Shown piece after piece: positions 13,270 through 22,243 of a DNA stretch of 64,000 bases. The notes beneath the pieces are model-generated. The model was not told the origin of the DNA. It worked only from the letters and a program-made list of their open reading frames with translations, and did no database searches. The DNA is from an uncultured Oscillospiraceae bacterium (GTDB lineage Bacteria > Bacillota > Clostridia > Oscillospirales > Oscillospiraceae), in NCBI GenBank assembly GCA_947625285.1, contig CANQNS010000007.1:11253-75252 (forward strand), in the 5' to 3' direction. A program made the translations under genes and the position numbers. Positions within the stretch are counted from its first letter, which is position 1; the number at the start of each line of letters is the position of its first letter.

Positions 13270-13294
13270 CGTTGACTACTCCTATTTACTTGTG

Positions 13295-16200
13295 TTACTT
13301 GACTACTACGTTTTTCTCGCCCAGGGTCTCCTGCATCTCCCGGATCAGGGCCGGATGGATAAGGCACCGTGCGCCCACGCGCTTTTTGGTGTCCTCAAAA
13401 TAGACCACCAGCGGGTCCGTGCCGGGGAACATAGTCAAAACCAGCTCCAGGTGCCGGAAGGCGGGATCGGCCTGGCTGGGCAGCTTCAGCCACAGCTTCT
13501 GTCCCCCGGCGGGGCCTCGCCGGGCCGGGCCATCGGCGGCCGGCGGGGCGGTCCTGCGGCCGGCGTAGCCCCCGTCCCGGGCGGCGTTTTTGATGGCGGC
13601 GGCGGTCTGATCCGTGAGCCCATCCAGAGGATAGGCCGCGTCCATCATCAGCTGGGGCTCCTTCTCGTCCCGGACGGATATGCGCCCGGTGCAGCAGACG
13701 GCGGCGTTCTCCTGCAGGTAGGCCCCGCCCTGATCCAAGGCCCGCTGGAAGGCCAGGACCTCCATGGAGCCGGTGTTATCCTCCAGGGTGACGTAGCTCA
13801 TGAGGGTGTTGTTTTTCGTGGTCCGGGTCCGCACCGCGCTGACTACTCCCGCCAGGATCACGTTCTGGCCGTCCCGGAACTGCCGGGGGCCGTTCTCGCC
13901 GTCCGCGAAGTCCTCCACGATGGCGCCCATGGACGCCGCGCCCAGCTTTTCCGCCGCCTGGCGGTAGCCGTCCATGGGGTGGCCGCTGATATAAAGGCCC
14001 GTGACCTGCTTTTCCATAGCCATCATCTCTGCGGGGGTGAATTCCTCCACCTCCGGCAGCTCCAGGTCGGAGACCGGCCGGTCCTGGTCCATGGAGAACA
14101 GGTCGAACTGGCCGTCCAGGTTTTTCCGGCCCGCGCTGTTGACGCCGCTCAGCACCTTGTCCAGCACCTGCAGCAGAGCCTTGCGCTTGTAGCCCATGGA
14201 GTCGAAGGCCCCGGCCCGGATCAGGCCCTCCACCTGCTTGCGGTTCAAGTCCTTGCCGTAAAGCCGGCGGCACAGCTCGTCGAAGGCGGCGTAGGGCCCG
14301 CCGGCCTGCCGCTCCGCGATGAGCTGCTCCACGAAGCCCCGGCCCACGTTTTTGATGGCGGCCAGGCCGTAGCGGATGTTGCCGCCCACCACGGTGAAAT
14401 CCGCGTCGGACTCGTTCACGTCCGGGGGCAGCAGGGCGATGCCCATGGCCCGGCAGGCGGCGGTGTACTCCGCCACCTTGGCGGGGGAGCCCAGCACGCT
14501 TGTCAGCAGCGCGGCCATGTACTCCCTGGGCCAGTGGCACTTCAGCCAGGCGGTCCGATAGGCCACGATGGCGTACACCACCGCGTGGGCTTTGTTGAAG
14601 GCGTAGGAGGCGAAGTCGATGATCTCATCGTAGATGCTGTTGGCTACGGCCTCGCTGACGCCGTTGGCGACGCAGCCGGGGATGCCCCGGTCCGGGTCCC
14701 CGTGGACGAAGGCGCGCCGCTCGGCGTCGATGATGTCATGCTTTTTCTTGCTCATGGCCCGGCGGATCATGTCCGCCTGGCCCAGAGAGAAGCCGGCCAG
14801 CTTCCGAAAGATGTCCAGCACCTGCTCCTGGTAGACGATGCAGCCGTATGTCACGTCCAGGATGGGCCGGAGCAGCTCATGCTTATAGGTGATCCGGGCC
14901 GGGTCCGCGGCGCACTCCAAAAACCGGGGGATGGAGGCCATGGGACCGGGCCGGTACAGGGCGATGACGGCGGTGATGTCCTCGATGGACCGGGGCTTCA
15001 GGCCCGTACATACGCCGGTCATGCCGGCGGATTCCAGCTGGAACACGCCGCTGGTCCGGCCCTCGGAGAGCATCCGATAGGTCTCCGGGTCATCCTCCGG
15101 GATGGCGTCCACCTGGAAATCCGGCTCATACCGGCGGATGAGCTGGGCCGCGTCGTCCATGACGGTCAGGTTCCGCAGGCCCAGAAAGTCCATCTTCAAA
15201 AGGCCCAGCTGCTCCAGCGTCACCATATCGAACTGGCAGATGATGGAGTCCTCGTTCCGGGCCAGGGGCACGTACTCGGTGATGGGCCGGGCGGTGATGA
15301 CTACGCCGGAGGCGTGGGTGGAGGTGTTGCGGGGCATGCCCTCCAGCTGGCGGGCGGTGTCGATGAGGTTCGCCACCTTTTCGTCGCCGTCGTACATCTC
15401 CTTCAGGGGCCTTGAAGTCTCCAACGCCTTTGCCAGCGTCATTTTCAGCTCCTGGGGCACCTGCTTTGCCACCGCGTCGGTCTCCGCGTAGCCCACGCCC
15501 AGCGCCCGGCCCACGTCCCGGATGGAGGCCCGGGCGGCCATGGTGCCGAAAGTGACGATCTGGGCCACGTTGTCCGCGCCGTATTTTTCCGTCACGTAGT
15601 CGATGACCTCGCCCCGGCGGCGGTCGCCGAAGTCCATGTCGATATCCGGCATAGTCACCCGCTCGGGATTCAAAAACCGCTCAAAAAACAGACTGTATTT
15701 GATGGGATCCACGTCGGTGATGCGCAGCGCGAAGCTGACAAGGCTCCCGGCGGCGGAGCCCCGGCCGGGGCCCACGGGGATGCCCTGGGTGCGGGCGTAA
15801 TTGCGGAAGTCCCACACGATGAGGAAGTAGTCCACGAACCCCATCTGGGAGATGACGCCCAGCTCGTACTCCAACTGATCGGCGTAGTTTTTCCCGTAGC
15901 CGGGCAGCCGCCGGGCAAGACCGGCATAGCAGAGCTTTTTCAAATAGGCGAAGCTGTCTGTCTCCCCCTCCGGAAGCTGGAACCGGGGCAGGTGGTAGTG
16001 GCCGAACTCGAAGTTGAAATCGCACATATCCGCGATCTTCACCGTGTTGTCATAGGCCTCCGGGAAGTCCGGGAAGAGCGCGCGCATCTCCTGCTCGCTC
16101 TTGAGATAGAGCTCCTGGCTCTCAAAGCGCATCCGGTCCGGGTCGTCCACGGTCTTGCCGGTCTGGATGCACATGAGGATGTCCTGGGTCCGGGCGTCCT

Positions 16201-16834
16201 CTTTTTGCAGGTAGTGGGCGTCGTTGGTGACCGCCAGGGGGATGCCCGTCTCGTTGTGGATGCGGACGAGCCCCTGGGCGGCCCGCCGCTCGTCGGGGAT
16301 GCCGTGGTCCTGCAGCTCCAGGTAGAACCCGTCCCGACCGAACAGGTCCCGCAGCTCCAGGGCCCGGGCCTTGGCGGCCTCGTACTGGCCGGAGACGAGC
16401 TTCTGGGGGATGTCCCCCGCCAGACAGGCCGACAGGCATATGAGCCCCTCCGCGTGCTCGTGCAGCAAGGGCCAGTCGATCCGGGGCCGGTAGAAAAACC
16501 CGTTTACGAACCCCTCGCTGACCAGCTTGCACAGGTTGTGGTAGCCGGTCTCGTTTTTGCACAGGAGGATCAGGTGGGAATAGTTGTTGTCCAGGCCGTA
16601 CTCCTTGTCGGTCCGGGCGCGGGGAGCCACATAGACCTCGCAGCCGATGATGGGCTTGATCCCCGCGTCCCGGCAGGCCCGGTAAAAGTCCACCACGCCG
16701 TACATGACCCCGTGGTCCGTGATAGCCAGGGCGGTCTGGCCCAGCTCTTTGGCGCGCCGGGCCATGGCGTCGATCCGGCAGGCGCCGTCCAGAAGGCTGT
16801 ATTCACTGTGTACGTGCAGATGGACGAAGCTCAT
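13295..16834 (-). CDS. dnaE: DNA polymerase III alpha subunit DnaE
   Basis: 1179 aa. N-terminal PHP domain (MSFVHLHVHSEYSLLDG, ITDHGVMYG), polymerase core and a C-terminal OB-fold region. Confidence 0.97.
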   Translation of the reverse strand: MSFVHLHVHSEYSLLDGACRIDAMARRAKELGQTALAITDHGVMYGVVDFYRACRDAGIKPIIGCEVYVAPRARTDKEYGLDNNYSHLILLCKNETGYHNLCKLVSEGFVNGFFYRPRIDWPLLHEHAEGLICLSACLAGDIPQKLVSGQYEAAKARALELRDLFGRDGFYLELQDHGIPDERRAAQGLVRIHNETGIPLAVTNDAHYLQKEDARTQDILMCIQTGKTVDDPDRMRFESQELYLKSEQEMRALFPDFPEAYDNTVKIADMCDFNFEFGHYHLPRFQLPEGETDSFAYLKKLCYAGLARRLPGYGKNYADQLEYELGVISQMGFVDYFLIVWDFRNYARTQGIPVGPGRGSAAGSLVSFALRITDVDPIKYSLFFERFLNPERVTMPDIDMDFGDRRRGEVIDYVTEKYGADNVAQIVTFGTMAARASIRDVGRALGVGYAETDAVAKQVPQELKMTLAKALETSRPLKEMYDGDEKVANLIDTARQLEGMPRNTSTHASGVVITARPITEYVPLARNEDSIICQFDMVTLEQLGLLKMDFLGLRNLTVMDDAAQLIRRYEPDFQVDAIPEDDPETYRMLSEGRTSGVFQLESAGMTGVCTGLKPRSIEDITAVIALYRPGPMASIPRFLECAADPARITYKHELLRPILDVTYGCIVYQEQVLDIFRKLAGFSLGQADMIRRAMSKKKHDIIDAERRAFVHGDPDRGIPGCVANGVSEAVANSIYDEIIDFASYAFNKAHAVVYAIVAYRTAWLKCHWPREYMAALLTSVLGSPAKVAEYTAACRAMGIALLPPDVNESDADFTVVGGNIRYGLAAIKNVGRGFVEQLIAERQAGGPYAAFDELCRRLYGKDLNRKQVEGLIRAGAFDSMGYKRKALLQVLDKVLSGVNSAGRKNLDGQFDLFSMDQDRPVSDLELPEVEEFTPAEMMAMEKQVTGLYISGHPMDGYRQAAEKLGAASMGAIVEDFADGENGPRQFRDGQNVILAGVVSAVRTRTTKNNTLMSYVTLEDNTGSMEVLAFQRALDQGGAYLQENAAVCCTGRISVRDEKEPQLMMDAAYPLDGLTDQTAAAIKNAARDGGYAGRRTAPPAADGPARRGPAGGQKLWLKLPSQADPAFRHLELVLTMFPGTDPLVVYFEDTKKRVGARCLIHPALIREMQETLGEKNVVVK

Positions 16835-16843
16835 TTTCGCTCC

Positions 16844-17746
16844 TCATTTCAGACTGCGGCCCAGCTCGGACAGCTTCCGCAGCCGGTGATTCATGCAGCT
16901 TTTGGATACGGGGGGCCAGGCAAGCTGGGCCAGATCGGCCAGGGAACAGGACGGGTTGGCGATGCGCAGCAGCGCGGCCGCCTGCAGCGTGGCCGGCAGG
17001 CTGTCCAGCCCCGGACCGGCCTCGATGGCCCGGATGGCGTCCAGCTGCTCCGCCGCCGCGTCGGTGATCTTGTCGGCGTTAGCCATGTCGCAGTTGGTGA
17101 GCCGGTTCATGGCGTTTGCCATATGCTTTTCCACCTTGGCCTGCATGACGGCCATGGCGGACACGGAGGCCCCCAGCGCGGTGAGGAAGTCCTCAATGGC
17201 CCCGCTTTTTTTGAAGTAGGTGATCCAGCGGCCGCCCCGGGCCGCGTCCTTGGGCTCGAAGCCCATGTCCAGCAGCAGGGCCCGCACCTCCCGGCACACG
17301 CTCTCATGGCCGGTAGCCAGCTCCAGGTGATAGCCCTTGGCCGGGTCCGTCACGCTGCCGCCGGCCAGAAACGCCCCCCGCAGAAAGGCGACCCGGTCGC
17401 AGTCCGACTCCACCACCGCCAGATTGATGTGGTGGGCCACCGCCCGGTCCGGGTCGTAGCCGAAGGCGGAAAAGACGGTCCGCAGCTTGGCCGGGTCCGT
17501 GATGAGAAAGGAACGCTTGTCCGTCTTGGCGGGATCGGGCGTCACGTCGAACTCCAGCGCGAAGGCCCGGCGGAACAGCCTGGGCAGACGGGCGGCAAAG
17601 GCGTCGCTCTCGGTCATGATGCGGATCTGGCTCAGGGAAAAGCTGTTGGCGTACAGCAGCGCCCCGTAGGCCTCCGCCAAGGCGCAGCACTTCTTCCCCA
17701 GCGGGTCCCGGCACAGCTCGGCCTTAACATCGGCGGAAAAGCTCAT
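16844..17746 (-). CDS. whiA: Sporulation/cell-division transcription regulator WhiA
   Basis: MSFSADVKAELC start, degenerate LAGLIDADG-like core (FLRGAFLAGGSVTDP), and a C-terminal HTH (SKSCMNHRLRKL). Confidence 0.93.
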   Translation of the reverse strand: MSFSADVKAELCRDPLGKKCCALAEAYGALLYANSFSLSQIRIMTESDAFAARLPRLFRRAFALEFDVTPDPAKTDKRSFLITDPAKLRTVFSAFGYDPDRAVAHHINLAVVESDCDRVAFLRGAFLAGGSVTDPAKGYHLELATGHESVCREVRALLLDMGFEPKDAARGGRWITYFKKSGAIEDFLTALGASVSAMAVMQAKVEKHMANAMNRLTNCDMANADKITDAAAEQLDAIRAIEAGPGLDSLPATLQAAALLRIANPSCSLADLAQLAWPPVSKSCMNHRLRKLSELGRSLK

Positions 17747-17750
17747 GGCG

Positions 17751-18599
17751 TCAGCCCTCCAGCTCCCGGTGGGACACGTTCACGGCGTAGCGGCGCTCCT
17801 CCAGGGCCTGGGCCAGAGCCTGGGCCATCGCCACGCTGCGGTGGCGGCCGCCGGTGCAGCCCACCGCCACGGTCAGCTCCTGCCGGTCCGACTCGTACAG
17901 GGGCAGCGAGAACGCCAGAAGCTCCGTCAGCCTGGCGAGCAGGGCCTGGGCGTTGCCGTTGCGGAACACATAATCCGCCACCGGCGCGTCCAGCCCGGTC
18001 AGCTCCTGCAGGTCCGGCTCGTAAAAGGGATTGGGCAGGCACCGCACGTCGAACACCAGATCCGCCTCCGGGGGCAGGCCCTTCCGGTAGCCGAAGGAGA
18101 GGATATTGACGGCGAAGCCCTCCTTCTCCGGCTGGATGCACGCACATATCTTGGCCCGGAGCTGGTTGAGAGGCGCGGAATCGGTCTGGATGATGAAGTC
18201 CGCCCGGTCCCGCAGGGGCGCGAGAAATTCTGTCTCCCGCTCTATGGCCTTGCGGATGGGCTCGCCCCGCCTGCCCATCGGGTGGGGCCGGCGGGATTCC
18301 TTATACCGGCGCAGCAGGGTGGACACGTCCGCCTCCAGATAGAGGATGCGCACCTGACAGTCCAGGGCCGCCAGCTCCGCCAGCGCGGCGTCCAGCTCCT
18401 CAAAGCTTGTGACGCTGCGTACGTCCATCACCAGGGCCACCCGCTCATAGCGGCCGTGGGTAGCCAGACACAGCGCGGCGAACCGGCCCAGCAGGGCCGC
18501 CGGCAGGTTGTCCACGCAGTAGTAGCCCAGATCCTCGCAGACGTCCGCCGCCCTGGTCTTGCCCGCGCCGGACAGGCCGGTTATGATGAGAAATTCCAT
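17751..18599 (-). CDS. rapZ: RNase adapter / nucleotide-binding protein RapZ (YvcJ)
   Basis: MEFLIITGLSGAGKTRAADVCEDLGYYCVDNLP (Walker A) and the C-terminal motif VAVGCTGGRHRSV. Confidence 0.93.
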   Translation of the reverse strand: MEFLIITGLSGAGKTRAADVCEDLGYYCVDNLPAALLGRFAALCLATHGRYERVALVMDVRSVTSFEELDAALAELAALDCQVRILYLEADVSTLLRRYKESRRPHPMGRRGEPIRKAIERETEFLAPLRDRADFIIQTDSAPLNQLRAKICACIQPEKEGFAVNILSFGYRKGLPPEADLVFDVRCLPNPFYEPDLQELTGLDAPVADYVFRNGNAQALLARLTELLAFSLPLYESDRQELTVAVGCTGGRHRSVAMAQALAQALEERRYAVNVSHRELEG

Positions 18600-18601
18600 C
18601 C

Positions 18602-19513
18602 CTACCTCCCCAGGATCAGCACCTCCGGCTCCAGCCGGATGCCGGAGCGGGCCAGAACGGTGGTTTGAATGTGTTCCATGAGCCGCAGGATATCGGCGCA
18701 GGTGGCGCCGCCTGTGTTCACCACGAAGCCCGCGTGCTTTTCCGACACCTGGGCCCCGCCCACGGAAAAGCCCCGCAGGCCGGCCTGGTCGATGAGGGCG
18801 GAGGCGTAGCCGCCCACGGGCCGCTTGAAGGTGCTGCCGGCGGAGGGCATCTCCAGAGGCTGGCTGGCCCGGCGTTTGGCCGCCAGCTCCCGCATCCGGG
18901 CCTGGATGGCCTCTTTATCGCCGGGCGTCAGGGAAAACACGGTCCGCAGCAGGACCACCTCTTTTCCGGAAAAGACGCTGTGCCGGTAGGAAAAATCATG
19001 CTCCGGCCCGGTGATGGTCCGCCGGACCAGATCCTCGTCCAGATAGACCGTTTCCGCCACTATGTCCTTCAGCTCCCCGCCGTAGGCCCCGGCGTTCATC
19101 ATGACGCCGCCGCCCACGCTGCCGGGGATGCCGTGGGCAAATTCCATGCCCGTCAGGCCCGCCTCCGCCGCGGTCATGGCCGCCGCCGCCAGGGTCGCGC
19201 CGCAGTCGGCGGTGACGGTGGTCCCCTCCGCCCGGGTCCGGCCCACGCCGGGGCACACGGCCACGACGAACCGGTCCAGCCCCTCATCCGGGGGCAGGAT
19301 GTTGGTGCCGTTGCCGATGACCAGGGGCTTCACGCCCGCCTGCCGCAGCAGGCCGCACAGCCCCTCCAGCTCCGCCGCGGACGCCGGCAGGGCCATGGCC
19401 GCCGCCGGCCCGCCCACCTTGAACGAGCAGTGGTCCGCCATAGGCTCCTGTTCCCGCAGGTCCAGCTCCGGCAGGGCCTTTTTTATATCGCGTACAAGAG
19501 AAGTATAGCTCAT
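18602..19513 (-). CDS. murB: UDP-N-acetylenolpyruvoylglucosamine reductase MurB
   Basis: FAD-binding region (SFKVGGPA, VIGNGTNIL) and C-terminal MurB motifs (GSTFKRP, GGAQVSEKHAGFVVN). Confidence 0.93.
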   Translation of the reverse strand: MSYTSLVRDIKKALPELDLREQEPMADHCSFKVGGPAAAMALPASAAELEGLCGLLRQAGVKPLVIGNGTNILPPDEGLDRFVVAVCPGVGRTRAEGTTVTADCGATLAAAAMTAAEAGLTGMEFAHGIPGSVGGGVMMNAGAYGGELKDIVAETVYLDEDLVRRTITGPEHDFSYRHSVFSGKEVVLLRTVFSLTPGDKEAIQARMRELAAKRRASQPLEMPSAGSTFKRPVGGYASALIDQAGLRGFSVGGAQVSEKHAGFVVNTGGATCADILRLMEHIQTTVLARSGIRLEPEVLILGR

Positions 19514-19540
19514 AAACGCCTCGTCTTTACCTCAGCCTTC

Positions 19541-20512
19541 TCATGAAAATGCCTGCATTTTCATGGCTCCGTATATAGTCCCGCTGTCCACGCTCTCGTC
19601 CACCCGGCGGGCCAGATCCTCCGCGGCGTTGTAGCCGGTCTTTTTCTGCCGATTTGTCAACGCGGCCAGTTCCAAAATGACTGCCAGGTTCCGGCCGGGC
19701 CGGACCGGGATCGTCACCAGCGGCAGCGATACGCCCAGGTATTCCGTGGTCCGGGTGTCCAGTCCCAGCCGGTCGTAGTGCTTGGTGTTGTCCCAAAGCT
19801 CCATCTCCACAACCATGTCGATGGGGCACGAAAGCTTCACCGCGCCGATGCCGAACACGCTGGGCACGTTGATGACGCCGATGCCCCGCAGCTCCATGAA
19901 GTGGCGGATCAGGGCCGGGGACCGGCCCTCCAGGGTGAAGCTGGAGGTCCGCAGCAGCTCCACCGCGTCGTCAGCGATGAGCCGGTGGCCCTGCTTCAAA
20001 AGGCCCAGAGCGGTCTCGCTCTTGCCCACGCCGCTGTCACCGATGATGAGCATACCCTCGCCGTGAACCTCCATCAGAACCCCGTGGATGGTCTCCCGGG
20101 GGGCCAGATGGTAGCGCAGGGAGTCGATGAGCCGGGCGTAGAATTCGGAGGTGTCCATGTCGGTGGTAAGCAGGCTCACCCCGTACTTTTGGGCCATCTC
20201 CAGACATTCCGGCAGCACCTGCTCGTTGTGGGCCACGATGACGCCGGGCACGTGCTGGCGCATCACCGCGTCGAAGCCCGCCAGCCGGCGGCTCCGGTCC
20301 AGCTCCTCCATCATGGTGTTCTCGCTCATGCCGATGACCTGCAGGCGGGAGGCGTCGAAGTGCTTCAGGTACCCCATCAGCTGGATGCCGGGCCGGTTCA
20401 GGTCCACCGAGTGGACCCGCACGTCCGCAAAGTCCGGCGCGGCGTACACCACCTTCAAGCGCAGGTCCCGTTCCTGGGCGATCAGCGATAACTTCACGTC
20501 ATATTTCATCAT
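19541..20512 (-). CDS. hprK: HPr kinase/phosphorylase
   Basis: Walker A GDSGVGKSETALGL, plus LIADDAVEL and MELRGIGVINV. The ATG at 20512 is preceded by GGAG at 9 nt. The track ORF starts earlier at a GTG (20548). Confidence 0.9.
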   Translation of the reverse strand: MMKYDVKLSLIAQERDLRLKVVYAAPDFADVRVHSVDLNRPGIQLMGYLKHFDASRLQVIGMSENTMMEELDRSRRLAGFDAVMRQHVPGVIVAHNEQVLPECLEMAQKYGVSLLTTDMDTSEFYARLIDSLRYHLAPRETIHGVLMEVHGEGMLIIGDSGVGKSETALGLLKQGHRLIADDAVELLRTSSFTLEGRSPALIRHFMELRGIGVINVPSVFGIGAVKLSCPIDMVVEMELWDNTKHYDRLGLDTRTTEYLGVSLPLVTIPVRPGRNLAVILELAALTNRQKKTGYNAAEDLARRVDESVDSGTIYGAMKMQAFS

Positions 20513-20628
20513 GGCGGGGCGCTCCATTTCCTTGGTATTCGTTGCCACTATTTTAATACATAACTATGCCCCAGCGCAATCGCTAAGGCCGATTATTTTA
20601 AAGTTTTTCCGGGATGTGAAAAAAAGTC

Positions 20629-20657
20629 TTGCAATTTGCCGGCCGGTCTGGTATTAT
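20629..20657 (+). promoter_or_regulatory. Candidate sigma-A promoter of rpmB
   Basis: TTGCAA (20629-20634), a 17-nt spacer, then TATTAT (20652-20657). A short leader hairpin (gctgtcc/ggacagc) and SD AGGAAGGAG follow. Confidence 0.5.
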
Positions 20658-20698
20658 ATTGAGGCTGTCCACCGGACAGCAGGAAGGAGCTGATTACG

Positions 20699-20887
20699 AT
20701 GGCAAAATGTGAGGTTTGCGGAAAAGGCGTGACTTTCGGCATCAAGGTCAGCCACTCCCACCGTCGTTCCAACCGGATGTGGAAGCCCAACGTAAAGCGC
20801 GTGAAGGCGGTCGTGAACGGCCAGCCCCAGCACGTTTATGTTTGCACCCGCTGCCTGCGCAGCGGCAAGGTCCAGCGCGCGGTGTGA
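20699..20887 (+). CDS. rpmB: 50S ribosomal protein L28
   Basis: 62 aa: MAKCEVCGKGVTFGIKVSHSHRRSNRMWKPNVKRV.... Confidence 0.97.
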   Translation: MAKCEVCGKGVTFGIKVSHSHRRSNRMWKPNVKRVKAVVNGQPQHVYVCTRCLRSGKVQRAV

Positions 20888-20906
20888 CATTTCCGTAAAT
20901 ACAGGA

Positions 20907-20936
20907 AGCCCGGAACTTCGTGTTCCGGGCTTTTTC
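20907..20936 (+). terminator. Intrinsic terminator after rpmB
   Basis: Perfect 10-bp stem agcccggaac/gttccgggct with a 5-nt loop, followed by a T-tract. Confidence 0.8.
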
Positions 20937-20948
20937 CTTTTGCCGGCG

Positions 20949-21191
20949 CTATTCCTGGCCGTCCCCGCCGTTTTCCGGCGGAACGAACTCAAGAAGCTCG
21001 CCTACGCTGCAATGGAGCACGGTGCAAAGCCGCGCCAAAACGTCGGTATCCAACCGCGTGACGGTGTTGTTGCAGTAATGATTGAGCTGCGTCCGCTGCA
21101 TTTCCGCCCGCTGGCAGAGCTTGTTCTTACTAAGCCCGCTCTGGGCCAAAAGCGCGTTGAGCCGCACGTTGATCCGTCCGAACTTTTCCAT
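20949..21191 (-). CDS. XRE/Cro-C1 family helix-turn-helix transcriptional regulator (HTH_26-like)
   Basis: MEKFGRINVRLNALLAQSGLSKNKLCQRAEMQRTQLNHYCNN.. HTH. The ATG at 21191 was chosen; the longer ORF prefix looks non-coding (AT-rich promoter region). Confidence 0.8.
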   Translation of the reverse strand: MEKFGRINVRLNALLAQSGLSKNKLCQRAEMQRTQLNHYCNNTVTRLDTDVLARLCTVLHCSVGELLEFVPPENGGDGQE

Positions 21192-21303
21192 CGTTCCACC
21201 ACCCCGTACAGTATTGACAAAGGTAGTGTAGCTTTGGTAGACTAACAATATAAGATGTAAGAAATCTACTGTAACATACTGCACATATTAAGGAGAGATC
21301 ACA

Positions 21304-21468
21304 ATGCCGGATTATCAAAAGATGTATTACATCCTGTGCGACGGGGCCAGCAGGGCTCTGGACGCGCTGCCGGAGCGGACGGAGGAAGCGGCGCGAATAC
21401 TGCAGAAAGCTCTGGATGAGGCGGAGGAGAGATACATCGAGACCTGCGGCGAAGCCGCCGCTGAATAA
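21304..21468 (+). CDS. Unannotated small ORF (54 aa), function unknown
   Basis: Not in the ORF track (under 60 aa). SD AAGGAGAG lies about 7 nt upstream of the ATG. Translation: MPDYQKMYYILCDGASRALDALPERTEEAARILQKALDEAEERYIETCGEAAAE. GC-rich codon usage resembles host genes, and a strong terminator follows immediately. Confidence 0.45.
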   Translation: MPDYQKMYYILCDGASRALDALPERTEEAARILQKALDEAEERYIETCGEAAAE

Positions 21469-21474
21469 AAGAGA

Positions 21475-21515
21475 CCGTGCGCGGGCTTTTGCTCCGCGCA
21501 CGGCGTTTATTTTTG
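21475..21515. terminator. Intrinsic terminator between convergent genes
   Basis: Perfect 10-bp stem ccgtgcgcgg/ccgcgcacgg with a 9-nt loop, then cgTTTATTTTT on the plus strand. A minus-strand lipoprotein gene ends at 21521. Confidence 0.7.
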
Positions 21516-21520
21516 CCCCG

Positions 21521-22138
21521 TCACGCCAGGGCGGCCTGGCTGATCCACTGGAGGATGCCCTCCGGCAGATCGGTCCCCTCGGGATAGGAGAGGATGACGT
21601 CGCCCATGGAATCCTGGCCCTGTTTCAGCACGTGGTAGATCACCGTGCCGTCTTCGGTGTATTCCACATAGTAGTTGCCGAATTCATCATAGTCGAACAC
21701 CGCGTCCTCCGGCAGACCCCGGCGCACGCCCTCCCGCTGGGAGTATTCCTCCACGTCCGCCGGCAGAGGCACGCCCGCCGCCTCGTAGGCGTCGGCGCCG
21801 AAGCGGATGCCCTGGATGTGGATATCTCCGCTGGTGAAGTCGGCGTAGGCCCGGGGGAGGGGTTCCGCGTCGGAGCCGGTCTCCATCTCCCAGCCCGCGG
21901 GCAGGTAGAAGGTGCCCACGCCCTCGGCCTCGTATTCCTGCAGCTCCGCTTCTCCGGCGTCCTCTCCGGCGGGTTCTTCCACCTCAGCGGGAGTCTCTTC
22001 GGTCTCGGCGGGAGCTTCTTCTGCCTGGGCAGGAGCCTCCTCGGCTTTGGGCTCCTCCTTGCTGCCGCCGCAGCCCGCCAGCAGTCCCAGACACAGGCTC
22101 AGAGCCAGGAGCAGGGCCAGTATGTTTTTTCGCTTCAT
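21521..22138 (-). CDS. Putative lipoprotein
   Basis: MKRKNILALLLALSLCLGLLAGCGGS gives a signal peptide plus lipobox (LLAGC), followed by an acidic E/A/P-rich linker. The start at 22138 was chosen within the longer ORF. Confidence 0.75.
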   Translation of the reverse strand: MKRKNILALLLALSLCLGLLAGCGGSKEEPKAEEAPAQAEEAPAETEETPAEVEEPAGEDAGEAELQEYEAEGVGTFYLPAGWEMETGSDAEPLPRAYADFTSGDIHIQGIRFGADAYEAAGVPLPADVEEYSQREGVRRGLPEDAVFDYDEFGNYYVEYTEDGTVIYHVLKQGQDSMGDVILSYPEGTDLPEGILQWISQAALA

Positions 22139-22167
22139 CTGATCATCCTCGCTTCTGTAAAGAATTT

Positions 22168-22198
22168 CCGGCGGACATGCCATGTCCGCCGGAAACAA
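22168..22198 (-). terminator. Hairpin downstream of the kinase gene
   Basis: Near-perfect 15-bp palindrome tttccggcggacatg-c-catgtccgccggaaa. On the minus strand the following tract is only moderately T-rich (aattcttt). Confidence 0.5.
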
Positions 22199-22243
22199 GT
22201 ATAGCAGAGAATGGGAGAAAAAGGGTGTGCAGAACTGCGCACT

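Noticed and set aside
13292-18109. Long plus-strand ORFs (707 aa at 13292-15415, 705 aa at 15992-18109) opposite dnaE, whiA and rapZ
   Set aside because: Same GC-composition artefact. They are antisense to well-supported genes and their translations are rich in G/A/R/P/V with no motifs.
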